The notes: generated by a model from the sequence alone, not told the origin. Counted from the first letter of the stretch, positions 10,394-20,562 are shown. The stretch is 64,000 bases of DNA from Vulcanimicrobiota bacterium (GCA_963812155.1 CAWETW010000004.1:64001-128000), one strand, 5' to 3'. A program made the numbers and translations.

Positions 10394-11293
10394 TTAGGGA
10401 ACGGCGACCAGATCCTCTTCCGATTTGGCGCGTTCGGCGCGCTTGGCGGCGGAGCGAAGCATGGCGACGGCGGCATACAGCACCACGATCACGACCAGCC
10501 ATCGCACCGCAACGAGCGGGAGCGACTTGATGATGTAGGCGGCAATGAGCACGCCCGGAATTCCGCCGAGCATCAGACCGAGTGCCGCGCGCATCGAAAA
10601 CGCCTGGTAGCGGATGAAACGCAGGCTGGCGATCGGCATCAAGAACGCGCACGATCCCATCATGATCGGAAACGCGGCTTTCGGGTTCATGCCCAGCAGG
10701 CTCACGAGGATCATGCACGGCGCGTACATTCCAATGCCGATCGTCATGAGCGCGCCGAGGCAGAAACTCACCGCAATGCCGACGATCAGACGCGTCCCGG
10801 TGAGTCCGAGCGCGTCGCCGCTCAATCCGAAGTAACTTCCGCGCAGATTGCTGAGGATGAAAAGCGTCGCGGCGGCCAACAGCGCGACGCCCATGCCGAT
10901 CTGCACGTATTGCCGCGGGAGCCTCGAAACGACGCCGGCGCCGAGCCAGGCGCCGACGACCGCTGCGACGATCAGCAAGATGAGTGTGGACGGAACGACG
11001 GTGATGATCGTGATGTAGATCGCCGCTTCGACGATCGTCGGCATCGTGTGGCCGACGTTGAGCGTTCCGGGTATCTTCTCGTCGGGAACCAGCCGCCAAA
11101 GCTTGAACATCGACGTCGTCGGCGCGAACGATCCGATCCCGAGCGTGTCGAAGAAGTTCGTGACGAAACCGATCGCGGTTTCGATCGGCTTGGGCCATCC
11201 GGCCCGATGGAGCGGCATCGCGCGAACGAGCGCGACGATGATGACGATTGCGACGATCGTCAATCCGACGTGCAGGACCAATGGAACGTTCAT
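10394..11293 (-). CDS. TauE/SafE (sulfite exporter-like) membrane protein
   Basis: Multi-TM; FFDTLGIGSFAPT, GALMTIGIGMYAP, AFPIMMGSCAF. Confidence 0.75.
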   Translation of the reverse strand: MNVPLVLHVGLTIVAIVIIVALVRAMPLHRAGWPKPIETAIGFVTNFFDTLGIGSFAPTTSMFKLWRLVPDEKIPGTLNVGHTMPTIVEAAIYITIITVVPSTLILLIVAAVVGAWLGAGVVSRLPRQYVQIGMGVALLAAATLFILSNLRGSYFGLSGDALGLTGTRLIVGIAVSFCLGALMTIGIGMYAPCMILVSLLGMNPKAAFPIMMGSCAFLMPIASLRFIRYQAFSMRAALGLMLGGIPGVLIAAYIIKSLPLVAVRWLVVIVVLYAAVAMLRSAAKRAERAKSEEDLVAVP

Positions 11294-11354
11294 TGCACGA
11301 GGACGTTACGCGGTTGAGATTCTCCGGCCTGCTCGCCCTTCGTCCGCCGTAGAT

Positions 11355-14300
11355 TCACGACGCCCGTTCGCGGACGGCGGCGGCGTTGAAGTAGGCGGCG
11401 CGCGGATGATGGATGACGATCGCGGCGGTCGACTGTTCGGGGACGAGCTGGTGCGCTTGCGTGAGCGTTACACCGATGCGTTTGCCGACCTCGAGCAAAC
11501 GAAACACGGTTTCGTGTTGGGCGAGATCGGGACAAGCGCCGTAGCCCCACGAGTACCGCTTTCCGCGCTCGGCATCGATGCCGAGTTCGCGGCGTATGCG
11601 CCGGTGAACGTACTCGGCGAGCGCTTCGGCCGATTGAACCGAGAAGCCGTGAACGAAGTACGACTCGCCGTACTCGCCGGCGGTGTAGAGCGCTTCGGTG
11701 CGCTCGGCCGCGCGCTCGCCGACCGTCACGACCTGCAATGCGACGACGTCGGCTGCGGCGCCGCCCGCCGGGGCACGCAGATAGTCGGCGAGGTTCAAGT
11801 GCTCGCCGCCGGCTTGACGCGGAAAGGTGAAACGCGCGATCTCGCGCGATCGATTTTCGGGGTGGAAAAGCACGACGTCGTTGCCCTCGCCGGCCGCCGG
11901 AAAGTATCCATACGCCGCGCGCGGCTGGAGAAATCCGTCGGTCTGCGCCGCCGTCCGGTAACGGTTGAGACGCGGCTCGAAATCGTCGCGCAGAAGCCGG
12001 TCGTAGGCGTCGCCTTTGGTGTTGGCCGCACCCCACGACAGCCGGAAGAGGCTGCGCAAGTCGAAGCACGGCCAAAGCTCGCGCACGTCGATATCGTCGA
12101 TGGTGCGCGCACCCCAAAACGGCGGCTCCGGAACGTCTGCCGGCTCGGACTTCACCGCTGAAGGAAGGCTTCTCGCCACGGGGCGCGGCGCGCTCGCGCG
12201 GTCGCGCTGCGCGAACGCTTCGTGACGCGTTTTGTCGAGGAGTGCGCCGCGGCGCGCATCGCCGCCGGTCAGCTCGTCCATCAGCGCGAGCCCTTCGAAC
12301 GCATCTTTCGCATAGAAGAGTCCGGGATCGAAGAAACGCGCGCCGTCGTCGAGCAGCGCGATACGCCGGCCGAACTCGCGATTGATCGCGGCGCCGCCGA
12401 CGATGACGGGAAAGTTCATGCCGCGCGCATCCTGTTCCGCAACGCAAATCGGCATCTGCTTGCTGGTGGATACGAGCAGCGCGGAAAGGCCGATGGCGTC
12501 GGCTCCTACTTCCACGGCCTTCTCGAGGATCGCGTTCATCGGAACTTGCTTTCCGAGATCGTGCACGGCGTAGCCGTTGTTCGTGAGAATCGTATTGACG
12601 AGGTTCTTCCCGATGTCGTGCACGTCGCCGAAGACCGTCGCGAGCACGACCGTGCCTTTGGCGGTGCCTTCTTTTTTCTCCAGAAACCGTTCGAGATGCG
12701 CGACGGCCTTCTTCATGACTTCGGCCGACTGGAGCACGAACGGCAAAATCAGTTCGCCGCGTCCGAAGCGGTCGCCGACGTCCTTCATGGCCGGCAGCAA
12801 CATGTCGTTGAGCACCTCGACCGGCGTCCGCTGCGTCAGCGCTTCGTCGATCTTCGCTTCGATGCCGTCCTTGCGCCGGTGCAGAATCGCCTTCGCGATG
12901 CGCTCCTCGATCGGAACGCCCTCGTCGTCGGCCGCCGTGGAAGCGCTCGCGGTCGCCTCGACGTTCTCGAAGCGTTCGATGAGACGGGCCAGCGCGTCGG
13001 GCCGGCGATTGAAGACGAGGTCGTCGCAACGCTCGCGCAGTTCGCCGTCGATTTCGAAGTACGGCGTGATGTCGTGCGGATGCACGAGCGCCATGTCGAG
13101 GCCGGCTTCGACGCAGTGGTGCAGAAAGACCGAGTTGAGCGCGGCGCGCGCGGCCGGTTTGAGGCCGAAAGAAACGTTGGAAATACCGAGCGACGTCAGG
13201 ACACCGGGCAACTCGCGCTTGATCGCCGCGATGCCTTCGATGGTCTCGAGCGCCGACGTGAGAAACTCTGCCTCTCCGGTGGCCAGCGTGAACGTGAGGG
13301 CGTCGAAGATCAGCGCGCCCGGCGGAAGCCCGTATTCCTCGACGGCGATGGCGTAGATGCGTCGCGCGACGTCGAGTTTACGTTCGGCGGTCTTCGCCAT
13401 GCCGGTTTCGTCGATCGTCAGTGCGATGACGGCCGCGCCATGCTCGAGTGCGAGCGGCATCACGACGTCCATTTTGGCGCGGCCCGATTCCAAATGGACG
13501 GAGTTGACGACCGCGCGACCGGGATAGTTTTGAAGTGCCGCTTCCAGCACGGCCGGTTCGGTGGAATCGACCACCAGCGGCGCTTCGATCGACTGCGCGA
13601 GTTTGCGCGTTACCTCGACCATCTGCGCCGCCTCGTCGGCTCGTTCGGTCAAGGCGCAACAGACGTCGAGCAGATGGGCACCGCCCTCGACTTGCGCGCG
13701 CGCGACCAGCACGATGTCGTCGTACTTCTCTTCGAGCAGCAATCGCTTGATGCGCCGGGAACCTTGACTGTTGATTCGCTCGCCGACGATGAGCGGCCGC
13801 GGCTCCTGCATTAGCGACACGCCCGTCATTGCAGAAGCAGCCCACTGCGGGCGCTCGTCGGAACGCCCGCTCGCTCGCATTGCGCAGACCCGTGCCGCGC
13901 GCCGCGCGCCAGCGTTTTCCGACCCGAGCTCGGCGACGGCGCGCGCGATTGCTCGCACGTGTTCGGTCGTCGAGCCGCAGCAACCGCCGACGGCGTTCAC
14001 GCCGAAATCCGCAACGAACCCGGCCAGCTCGTTGGCGAGCTGCACGGGAGTTTCGGGATAGATCGTCTCGCCTTTCGGCCCCATCAGAGGAAGCCCGGCA
14101 TTGGGAATGACGCTCACGAAACAGCGCGAGTTCTCGCACATGTACCGCACGGAGTCGCGCATTTGCGTCGGCCCGGTCGAACAGTTGAGCCCGATGACGT
14201 CGATCGGCAGCGCATCGAGCGTCGCGACGATCGCGCGCATGTCGGTGCCCAGGAGCATGCGCCCTTCTTGAATGAGGGTGGGCTGCGCTTGAATCGGAAC

Positions 14301-14867
14301 GCGTCGCAGGCCTCGCTGGAACTCACGGACGATTCCGGCGATCGCCGCTTTGAGTTCCAGCAGATCCTGCATCGTCTCGAGCAGCAGCAGATCGGCGCCG
14401 CCCTCGACCAGCGCGCGAGCCTGCTCGCCGTAGACGTCGCGCAGCTGCTCGTAGGTCACTTTCGACAGCGCCGGATCCGAGGAGGAAATCAGCATGCCGG
14501 TCGGGCCCATCGCGCCGGCCACGAAGCGCGGCCGTTCGCCCGTCGCAAACTCGTCGCAGGCTTTGCGGGCGAGTTCGGCGGCGAGCCGATTGATCTCCAC
14601 GGTCCGTTCGCCTAAGCCGTACTCGTCGAGTTTCAAACGTGAACCCATGAACGAGTCGGTCTCGACGACGTCGGCACCGGCGGCGAGGTAGGCGCGGTGA
14701 ATCTCGTGCACGATGTCGGGGCGCGTCAGCACGAGCGCCTCGTTGCATCCCTGGCAGCGCGCGCCGCCGAAGTCGCCGGCCGAGAGATCGAGCGCCATGA
14801 GTTGCGTGCCCATGGCACCGTCAAAGATGAGCACCCGCTCTCCGAGCAGGCGCAGGTAATCCGACAA
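11355..14867 (-). CDS. metH: B12-dependent methionine synthase
   Basis: DGAMGT, GLNC, GGCCGST, IVGERIN, DVHDIGKN, RYSWGYGACPD, PEQST. Confidence 0.97.
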   Translation of the reverse strand: MSDYLRLLGERVLIFDGAMGTQLMALDLSAGDFGGARCQGCNEALVLTRPDIVHEIHRAYLAAGADVVETDSFMGSRLKLDEYGLGERTVEINRLAAELARKACDEFATGERPRFVAGAMGPTGMLISSSDPALSKVTYEQLRDVYGEQARALVEGGADLLLLETMQDLLELKAAIAGIVREFQRGLRRVPIQAQPTLIQEGRMLLGTDMRAIVATLDALPIDVIGLNCSTGPTQMRDSVRYMCENSRCFVSVIPNAGLPLMGPKGETIYPETPVQLANELAGFVADFGVNAVGGCCGSTTEHVRAIARAVAELGSENAGARRAARVCAMRASGRSDERPQWAASAMTGVSLMQEPRPLIVGERINSQGSRRIKRLLLEEKYDDIVLVARAQVEGGAHLLDVCCALTERADEAAQMVEVTRKLAQSIEAPLVVDSTEPAVLEAALQNYPGRAVVNSVHLESGRAKMDVVMPLALEHGAAVIALTIDETGMAKTAERKLDVARRIYAIAVEEYGLPPGALIFDALTFTLATGEAEFLTSALETIEGIAAIKRELPGVLTSLGISNVSFGLKPAARAALNSVFLHHCVEAGLDMALVHPHDITPYFEIDGELRERCDDLVFNRRPDALARLIERFENVEATASASTAADDEGVPIEERIAKAILHRRKDGIEAKIDEALTQRTPVEVLNDMLLPAMKDVGDRFGRGELILPFVLQSAEVMKKAVAHLERFLEKKEGTAKGTVVLATVFGDVHDIGKNLVNTILTNNGYAVHDLGKQVPMNAILEKAVEVGADAIGLSALLVSTSKQMPICVAEQDARGMNFPVIVGGAAINREFGRRIALLDDGARFFDPGLFYAKDAFEGLALMDELTGGDARRGALLDKTRHEAFAQRDRASAPRPVARSLPSAVKSEPADVPEPPFWGARTIDDIDVRELWPCFDLRSLFRLSWGAANTKGDAYDRLLRDDFEPRLNRYRTAAQTDGFLQPRAAYGYFPAAGEGNDVVLFHPENRSREIARFTFPRQAGGEHLNLADYLRAPAGGAAADVVALQVVTVGERAAERTEALYTAGEYGESYFVHGFSVQSAEALAEYVHRRIRRELGIDAERGKRYSWGYGACPDLAQHETVFRLLEVGKRIGVTLTQAHQLVPEQSTAAIVIHHPRAAYFNAAAVRERAS
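13847..13929. repeat. Palindromic element in-frame within the metH interdomain linker
   Basis: Imperfect arms GCTCGTCGGAACGC (13853-13866) and GCGTTTTCCGACCCGAGC (13912-13929), plus a GCGGGCG/CGCCCGC hairpin; encodes an Arg/Ala-rich stretch. Confidence 0.45.
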
Positions 14868-14878
14868 CGCTTTCTTTC

Positions 14879-15883
14879 CTACCGCGCTTCCTCCGCGCCG
14901 GCGACGGCCACGCGAATTTCTCCGACCGCGAGACCGGCTCGATTATACACGACCGGCAGCGCGAAGCGAGCGAGTTTCATCGCGGCCGGCTCCTCAATCG
15001 CGCCGAGCCGGCGCAGTGCGGAAATCGTAGAGGGAGCGCGCGCGCGTCCGGCACCGTCGAGCACCTTCGCAGCGTAACCGAACCCGCGGTCGACGGCGGC
15101 GACGCCGTGGATGCCTTCGGCGCCGCCCTTGCACGCTATCGCCCCGCCGCACGCCTGCATGAGCACCGTATCGAATTGTCCCGTTCCGGCGACGTATTCG
15201 GGATAGGCGATCATTGCGTCGCGCACGACGCGCAGCGCCTCCGCGTCGGCCGGCCCGACGCCTTCGAGCGTCGCCATCCGCGCGAAGGCCAGCGCGGCGC
15301 GGCGCAGCGGCGTAGCGTAGACGGGAATGCCGCATCCGTCGACGCCGAGCGGCCACGTCGCGGCGTCGTCGCCGGAAAGGCGCGCGCAGTACGCGAGAAT
15401 GCGTCGCTGCGCGGGATTGCCGGCTTCGAGATAGGTTGCGGTGTCGCAGCCGATCGCCACGCACAGGGCGAGAATGCCGGCGTGCTTGCCCGAGCAGTTG
15501 TTGAAGAGGGGCGTGAGCGGGGCGCCGCTGCGCGCGAGTGCTTCCGCGGCGGCTACGTCGTAGGGAGGGTGGACGCCGCACTGCAACGCGGACTCGTCGA
15601 GACCGATCTTCTTCAGGATCGACGCAACGGCTTCGACGTGGAACGGTTCGCCGAAGTGCGAGGCAGCCATGACGGCGATCTCGCGGGGATCAAGTCCGAA
15701 ACGCTCGCAAACGCCGGCTTCGACGGCGGCCGCGGCAATGAACGGCTTGGCGGCTGAGCGCAAATAGACCGGCGCGTCCACGTCGCCGTCTTCGAGCAGC
15801 GCGCGGCCGCGCGCATCCACCGCGCACGCTGCGACGCGATGCACCGACTCCACAAGACCTGCGCGCGTCACTTCAACTCTCAT
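14879..15883 (-). CDS. L-asparaginase II family protein
   Basis: VESVHR, RSAAKP, ASHFGE, NNCSGKHAG, GVDGCGIP, KGGAEG. Confidence 0.9.
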   Translation of the reverse strand: MRVEVTRAGLVESVHRVAACAVDARGRALLEDGDVDAPVYLRSAAKPFIAAAAVEAGVCERFGLDPREIAVMAASHFGEPFHVEAVASILKKIGLDESALQCGVHPPYDVAAAEALARSGAPLTPLFNNCSGKHAGILALCVAIGCDTATYLEAGNPAQRRILAYCARLSGDDAATWPLGVDGCGIPVYATPLRRAALAFARMATLEGVGPADAEALRVVRDAMIAYPEYVAGTGQFDTVLMQACGGAIACKGGAEGIHGVAAVDRGFGYAAKVLDGAGRARAPSTISALRRLGAIEEPAAMKLARFALPVVYNRAGLAVGEIRVAVAGAEEAR

Positions 15884-15893
15884 CAGGAAGCTG

Positions 15894-15977
15894 CGATTTA
15901 TTCCAACTCGTTGTCAGCTCGGGGCTCCTTTACCATAGTAAAGTTCACCCCTCGCTTCCTAGATTTGGAATAAATCG
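15894..15977. repeat. Nested-hairpin element, copy A
   Basis: 13-bp perfect IR CGATTTATTCCAA/TTGGAATAAATCG; inner hairpin CTTTAC-CATA-GTAAAG; same architecture as 36387-36488. Confidence 0.75.
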
Positions 15978-16013
15978 ACGTTTCCTTTCACGTCCGTTCT
16001 CATCACGTCCGTT

Positions 16014-16976
16014 CTATGTCAGGGCTGGTTCTACGACGATAGCTTCTTGCTCGGCGAACACCGGGTTGCTCAAATAACGCTCGCCGGTATCGCAGCCGAT
16101 CGTCACGATCGTTTTCTCTTTCGACTCGGGACGTTGCGCAACGCGCAGAGCGGCCCAGACGTTCGCGCCGGCAGAGATGCCGACGAGCATGCCTTCTTCG
16201 CGCGCGAGCCGCCGCGCCGTTGCAATCGCATCGGCGTCGGTGACGCGAATCACTTCGGCGTAGACCGCCGTGTTGAGAACCTTGGGAACGAAGCCGGCGC
16301 CGGTTCCCTGAATTTTGTGCGGTCCCGGTTTCCCACCGGAAAGCACCGGCGAAGCCTCGGGTTCGACCGCGATCGTCAGCACGCTCGGCTTGCGCGCTTT
16401 GAGGATCTCCCCCACGCCGGTGATCGTTCCGCCGGTACCGACCGCGGCGACGAAGACGTCCACCGCGCCGTCGGTGTCGCGCCAGATCTCTTCGGCCGTC
16501 GTTCGGCGGTGAATTTCCGGGTTGGCCGGATTTTCGAACTGCTGCGGTACGAAATATTTTTCGGGTGCGCTCGCTACGATATCGGCCGTCCGCTGGAGCG
16601 CGCCGGGCATGCCTTGCACGCCCGGCGTCAGCACGACTTGCGCGCCGTACGCTTTGAGCAGGTTGCGGCGCTCGACCGTCATCGTGTCGGGCATGACGAG
16701 GATGACGGGATAGCCTTTTGCGGCGGCGACGAAGGCCAGCGCGATGCCGGTGTTGCCGCTAGTCGGTTCGAGAATCGTCATGCCGGGCGACAGCCGGCCG
16801 TCGCGCTCGGCGGCTTCGATCATCGAAACCCCGATGCGATCCTTGACCGATCCGGCGGGATTGAACGACTCCATCTTCACCAGAACGGTTCCGGCGATTC
16901 CGGCGTTGAGCCGCGGAATCTTGACCAGCGGCGTGTTGCCGACGGTGTCGGCTAAGTTTTCGTAGATGCGCGCCAT
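16014..16976 (-). CDS. cysK: Cysteine synthase A
   Basis: [34 protein letters not shown]. Confidence 0.96.
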   Translation of the reverse strand: MARIYENLADTVGNTPLVKIPRLNAGIAGTVLVKMESFNPAGSVKDRIGVSMIEAAERDGRLSPGMTILEPTSGNTGIALAFVAAAKGYPVILVMPDTMTVERRNLLKAYGAQVVLTPGVQGMPGALQRTADIVASAPEKYFVPQQFENPANPEIHRRTTAEEIWRDTDGAVDVFVAAVGTGGTITGVGEILKARKPSVLTIAVEPEASPVLSGGKPGPHKIQGTGAGFVPKVLNTAVYAEVIRVTDADAIATARRLAREEGMLVGISAGANVWAALRVAQRPESKEKTIVTIGCDTGERYLSNPVFAEQEAIVVEPALT

Positions 16977-17096
16977 AGTGCTGTGATTAACCTCCGCCCG
17001 GCTGCCAGCGTTTCACCCGGGCACAAAACGTCCTTCGATGCTTGCTTGCGATGAGAAGCCGGATGCTCGCGCCGCCACGGGGAAACGACGAAAACT

Positions 17097-18839
17097 ATGG
17101 AGAGATTCTCGCGCTTACGCCGGATCGCCGCGGCGTGCGCCCTCAGTGCCGCAGCGCAGTGGCCGGCGAACGCTGCGGCGCAACCGGCGCATCCGTCAAT
17201 GGACGACGCGCTGGCCGCCATCCGCGCGTACGCGCCCGCTGCGATGGAGTATCAGGGTGCGCCCGGTCTGTCCGTCGCCATTACCGACCGGAGCAAAACG
17301 CTGGCCGTGTTGACCCTTGGATACGCCAACACCGACACGCGCGCCCCCGTTACGCCGGCAACGCGTTTTGCGATCGGCTCGATTACGAAGTCGATGACGT
17401 CGCTGGCAATGATGCAGCTGGTCGATGCCGGCAAACTTTCACTCGACGCCACGATACGGCGTTACCTGCCGTGGTTCTCGATCGGCGGCGGCTCGGCCGT
17501 CGACGTCGGCGAGCTCTTGTCGCATACCGGCGGGATTCCCGACGATTTCGCATCCGAGTACGGTTACGCGTACGACATCGAGGCGCTCCGAAGCGCGAAG
17601 GTGCTCTTCGCACCGGGAACGGCGTGGTCGTACTCCAACGATGGGTACGCGACGGCCGGCGAAATTCTCGCGGTGCTCGACGGGCGGCCGTGGAGCGCGT
17701 CCGTGCAAGCGCGCGTTCTCGACCGCATCGGGATGGCCGACAGCGCGCCGGTATTTACGCCCGAAACGATGGCGACGGCGGCGGTCGGCTATCAGTGGCT
17801 CTACAACGACCGTCCCGGATCGCTTCATCCGCCGCTGGTTGCGTCGCCGGTGTTGGATTTCGTCGATCCCGCCGGTTCGGTGCTATCGACGCCCGAGGAC
17901 ATGGCGCGCTACATGCGCCTGTACCTCAATGGCGGTAAGACCGAGAGCGGAACGCCGGTAATTTCGCCGGTGTCGTTCGTTTCGATGACGACCGCTGCGC
18001 GCTACCTCAACGGCAAACCGGCGGGCTCGCCCACGCCGGTCCTCGACGAGGCGCCGGAGTTTTACCGCCAATACGGCTTGGGGCTGTCGGTCTTCGATTC
18101 CGGCGGCGACCATCTGGTCGGACACACGGGCGGCATCTCCGGCTACACGGCGTGCATGCAGATAAACCTTACCCGCGGCTTCGGCGTCGTTGCGATGAGC
18201 AACCTCGTCGAAGCGCCGCTGCATCCGTGCGCGATCGTGCTCTACGCGATGCGCGTGCTGCGCGCCCAAAGCGCCGGCGATCCGCTTCCGCCGCCTCCTG
18301 CTGCACTCGACCCGGCGCACGTCGCCGATGCGGCAGACTACGCCGGAACCTATACCGCGCCCGGCGGAGCCGCGCTGACCGTCGCCGCCGAAGGCGACCG
18401 GTTGACGCTCGTGGACGGCGGCGATCGCATTGCGCTCTATCCGCGCGCTCCAGACCTCTTCTGGGCCGACGATCCGCGCTTCGCTACGTATCTCGTTGAA
18501 TTCGGGCGCGACAAAGCAAAGCACGTCGTCGAGCTCACCTACGGATCGCAGTGGTATCCAAACGAACGATATGCCGGCCCGCGCGCGTTCGCGCACCCTG
18601 CTTCGTGGGATGCTCTCGCCGGACGGTACGAAAATGTGTTCTTCGGCCAACCCGAGATCGCGCGCGTCGTCATCGTCAAGGACCACTTGACGTTCGACGG
18701 TGTCGACGCGCTCGAACCGCGGCCCGACGGAAGTTTCGCGATTGGAACGTCGGTCGTGCGCTTCGACGCGTTGACGGGCTCGCAACCGCAGCGTCTCACG
18801 ATCGACGCCACCCCGCTCTATCGCGTGGCCCTCCCGTAG
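17097..18839 (+). CDS. Secreted serine hydrolase (class C beta-lactamase/PBP fold) with C-terminal extension
   Basis: Signal peptide; FAIGSITKS (SxxK), YSN, GHTGG. Confidence 0.85.
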   Translation: MERFSRLRRIAAACALSAAAQWPANAAAQPAHPSMDDALAAIRAYAPAAMEYQGAPGLSVAITDRSKTLAVLTLGYANTDTRAPVTPATRFAIGSITKSMTSLAMMQLVDAGKLSLDATIRRYLPWFSIGGGSAVDVGELLSHTGGIPDDFASEYGYAYDIEALRSAKVLFAPGTAWSYSNDGYATAGEILAVLDGRPWSASVQARVLDRIGMADSAPVFTPETMATAAVGYQWLYNDRPGSLHPPLVASPVLDFVDPAGSVLSTPEDMARYMRLYLNGGKTESGTPVISPVSFVSMTTAARYLNGKPAGSPTPVLDEAPEFYRQYGLGLSVFDSGGDHLVGHTGGISGYTACMQINLTRGFGVVAMSNLVEAPLHPCAIVLYAMRVLRAQSAGDPLPPPPAALDPAHVADAADYAGTYTAPGGAALTVAAEGDRLTLVDGGDRIALYPRAPDLFWADDPRFATYLVEFGRDKAKHVVELTYGSQWYPNERYAGPRAFAHPASWDALAGRYENVFFGQPEIARVVIVKDHLTFDGVDALEPRPDGSFAIGTSVVRFDALTGSQPQRLTIDATPLYRVALP

Positions 18840-20518
18840 AAGACTTCGCGCGAACCGCACGAGCGATTGCGGCGACGAGTGGGAAACTCGAAAAGACGTC
18901 TTTGCTCGCCGCATATTTGGCAACGCTCGGCGATGCCGATCTTACGGCCGCGGTGCATTTTTTTACCGGCAACCCGTTTGCGGCACGCGACCGGCGCACG
19001 CTGTCGCTGGGCGGACGATCGATCGCCAACGTCGCGCGGCGTGTGTGGGAGTTCGACGATGCCGCGCTCGGCGCGGCGTATCGCGAAAGCGGCGATCTAG
19101 GAACGGCGCTGGGGACGTTGATGCGGCCGCCGCGCGAAACGGCCCTTTTCGGCGAACGCCTGACGCCGGCGTCGCTGAGCGTGCTCTTCGGCGAAATCGG
19201 CAACGTGACCGGCGATCGTGCGGGCAAACGGCGAGAAGCGATTTTCGAACGCATCTTGCGCGCCTGCGGCGACCCGCCGGTCGCAGCCTACGTCGTAAAG
19301 ATTGCGACCGGGGATTTGCGCGCCGGGTTGCGCGAGGGTCTGGTGCTCGACGCAATCGCAAAGGCGTTCGGCACCGAACCGGCCGCCGTACGCCGCGCGA
19401 TGATGGCCAGCGGCGACGCCGGCGAAGTCGCCGTTGCTGCGCGCCACGGAAGGCTCGGCGAACTGCGCGTCGCGTACGGAACGCCGATCGGCTTCATGCT
19501 GGCGTCGCCGATATTTCACGCCGACTCGTACGGCGAACTCGACGCTGCATCGTGGCTGGTCGAGGATAAGTATGACGGCATTCGCGCACAGGCGCATATC
19601 CGCAGCGGTTCGGCCCAACTCTTCTCTCGGCGGCTCAACGACGTCGGCGAATCGTATCCGGAAATCGTTGCCGCTTTGCCGCAAGCCGTGACCGGCGACG
19701 CGATTCTCGACGGCGAGATCCTGGCAATGCGCGACGGTGGGGTCCTGCCGTTTCGCCTGCTGCAAGCCCGCCTGCAGCGCAAGAAGGCCGACGAAGCGCT
19801 GCTGCGCGACGTTCCGGTTGCCTACGTCGCATTCGACCTGCTGGCAGCAGGCGACGAGCTATTGCTCGACGAGCCGCTGATTCGCCGGCGCGAACGGCTC
19901 GCGTCGCTGCTGCGTACCGGCGATTGCGTCGTGCTCGCGCCGTACGCCGGCATCGAAGGCGACGGCGCGGACGTCAACGCGCGTTTCGAGGCAGCGCGCC
20001 GGCGCGGCAACGAAGGTCTCGTGCTCAAACGCGATGACTCACCCTATGCGCCGGGCCGGCGCGGCAAGTGGTGGCTTAAACTCAAGCGCGAGCTCGCGAC
20101 GCTCGACGTCGCCGTGGTCGCCGTCGAGTGGGGGCACGGCAAACGCTCGCAGGTGCTCTCCGATTACACGTTCGCGGTTCGCGACGGCGAGAAGCTGCTG
20201 GCCATCGGCAAAGCGTACTCGGGACTCACCGACGCGGAAATCGCCGAATTGACGCCCTGGTTCCTCGAGCACCGCCTGCCGGTCGCGCAGCGCCGCCGCA
20301 ACGCACGGGGATCCGAAATTCCGGTCGAGCCGAAGGTCGTCCTAGAAGTTGCGTTCGACGTCGTCGCGCGCAGCGAACTGCACGAAAGCGGCTTCGCCCT
20401 GCGCTTCCCGCGCATCGTTCGCATTCGCGACGACAAACCCGTCGAGGATATCGATACGCTCGATCGCGTCAACGAAATCTACGAGCAAATGCTCGCGAGG
20501 GAGTCTCCCTCACGATAG
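18836..20518 (+). CDS. ATP-dependent DNA ligase (LigB/archaeal-like); start uncertain
   Basis: EDKYDGIR, ILDGEI, AFDLL, EGLVLK, WLKLK, ALRFPRIVRIRDDK. Confidence 0.92.
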   Translation, partial: VEDFARTARAIAATSGKLEKTSLLAAYLATLGDADLTAAVHFFTGNPFAARDRRTLSLGGRSIANVARRVWEFDDAALGAAYRESGDLGTALGTLMRPPRETALFGERLTPASLSVLFGEIGNVTGDRAGKRREAIFERILRACGDPPVAAYVVKIATGDLRAGLREGLVLDAIAKAFGTEPAAVRRAMMASGDAGEVAVAARHGRLGELRVAYGTPIGFMLASPIFHADSYGELDAASWLVEDKYDGIRAQAHIRSGSAQLFSRRLNDVGESYPEIVAALPQAVTGDAILDGEILAMRDGGVLPFRLLQARLQRKKADEALLRDVPVAYVAFDLLAAGDELLLDEPLIRRRERLASLLRTGDCVVLAPYAGIEGDGADVNARFEAARRRGNEGLVLKRDDSPYAPGRRGKWWLKLKRELATLDVAVVAVEWGHGKRSQVLSDYTFAVRDGEKLLAIGKAYSGLTDAEIAELTPWFLEHRLPVAQRRRNARGSEIPVEPKVVLEVAFDVVARSELHESGFALRFPRIVRIRDDKPVEDIDTLDRVNEIYEQMLARESPSR

Positions 20519-20562
20519 CGCCGCGCCCTTCCGTGTTATCCCGAACGCACCGGCGAAGCCTA

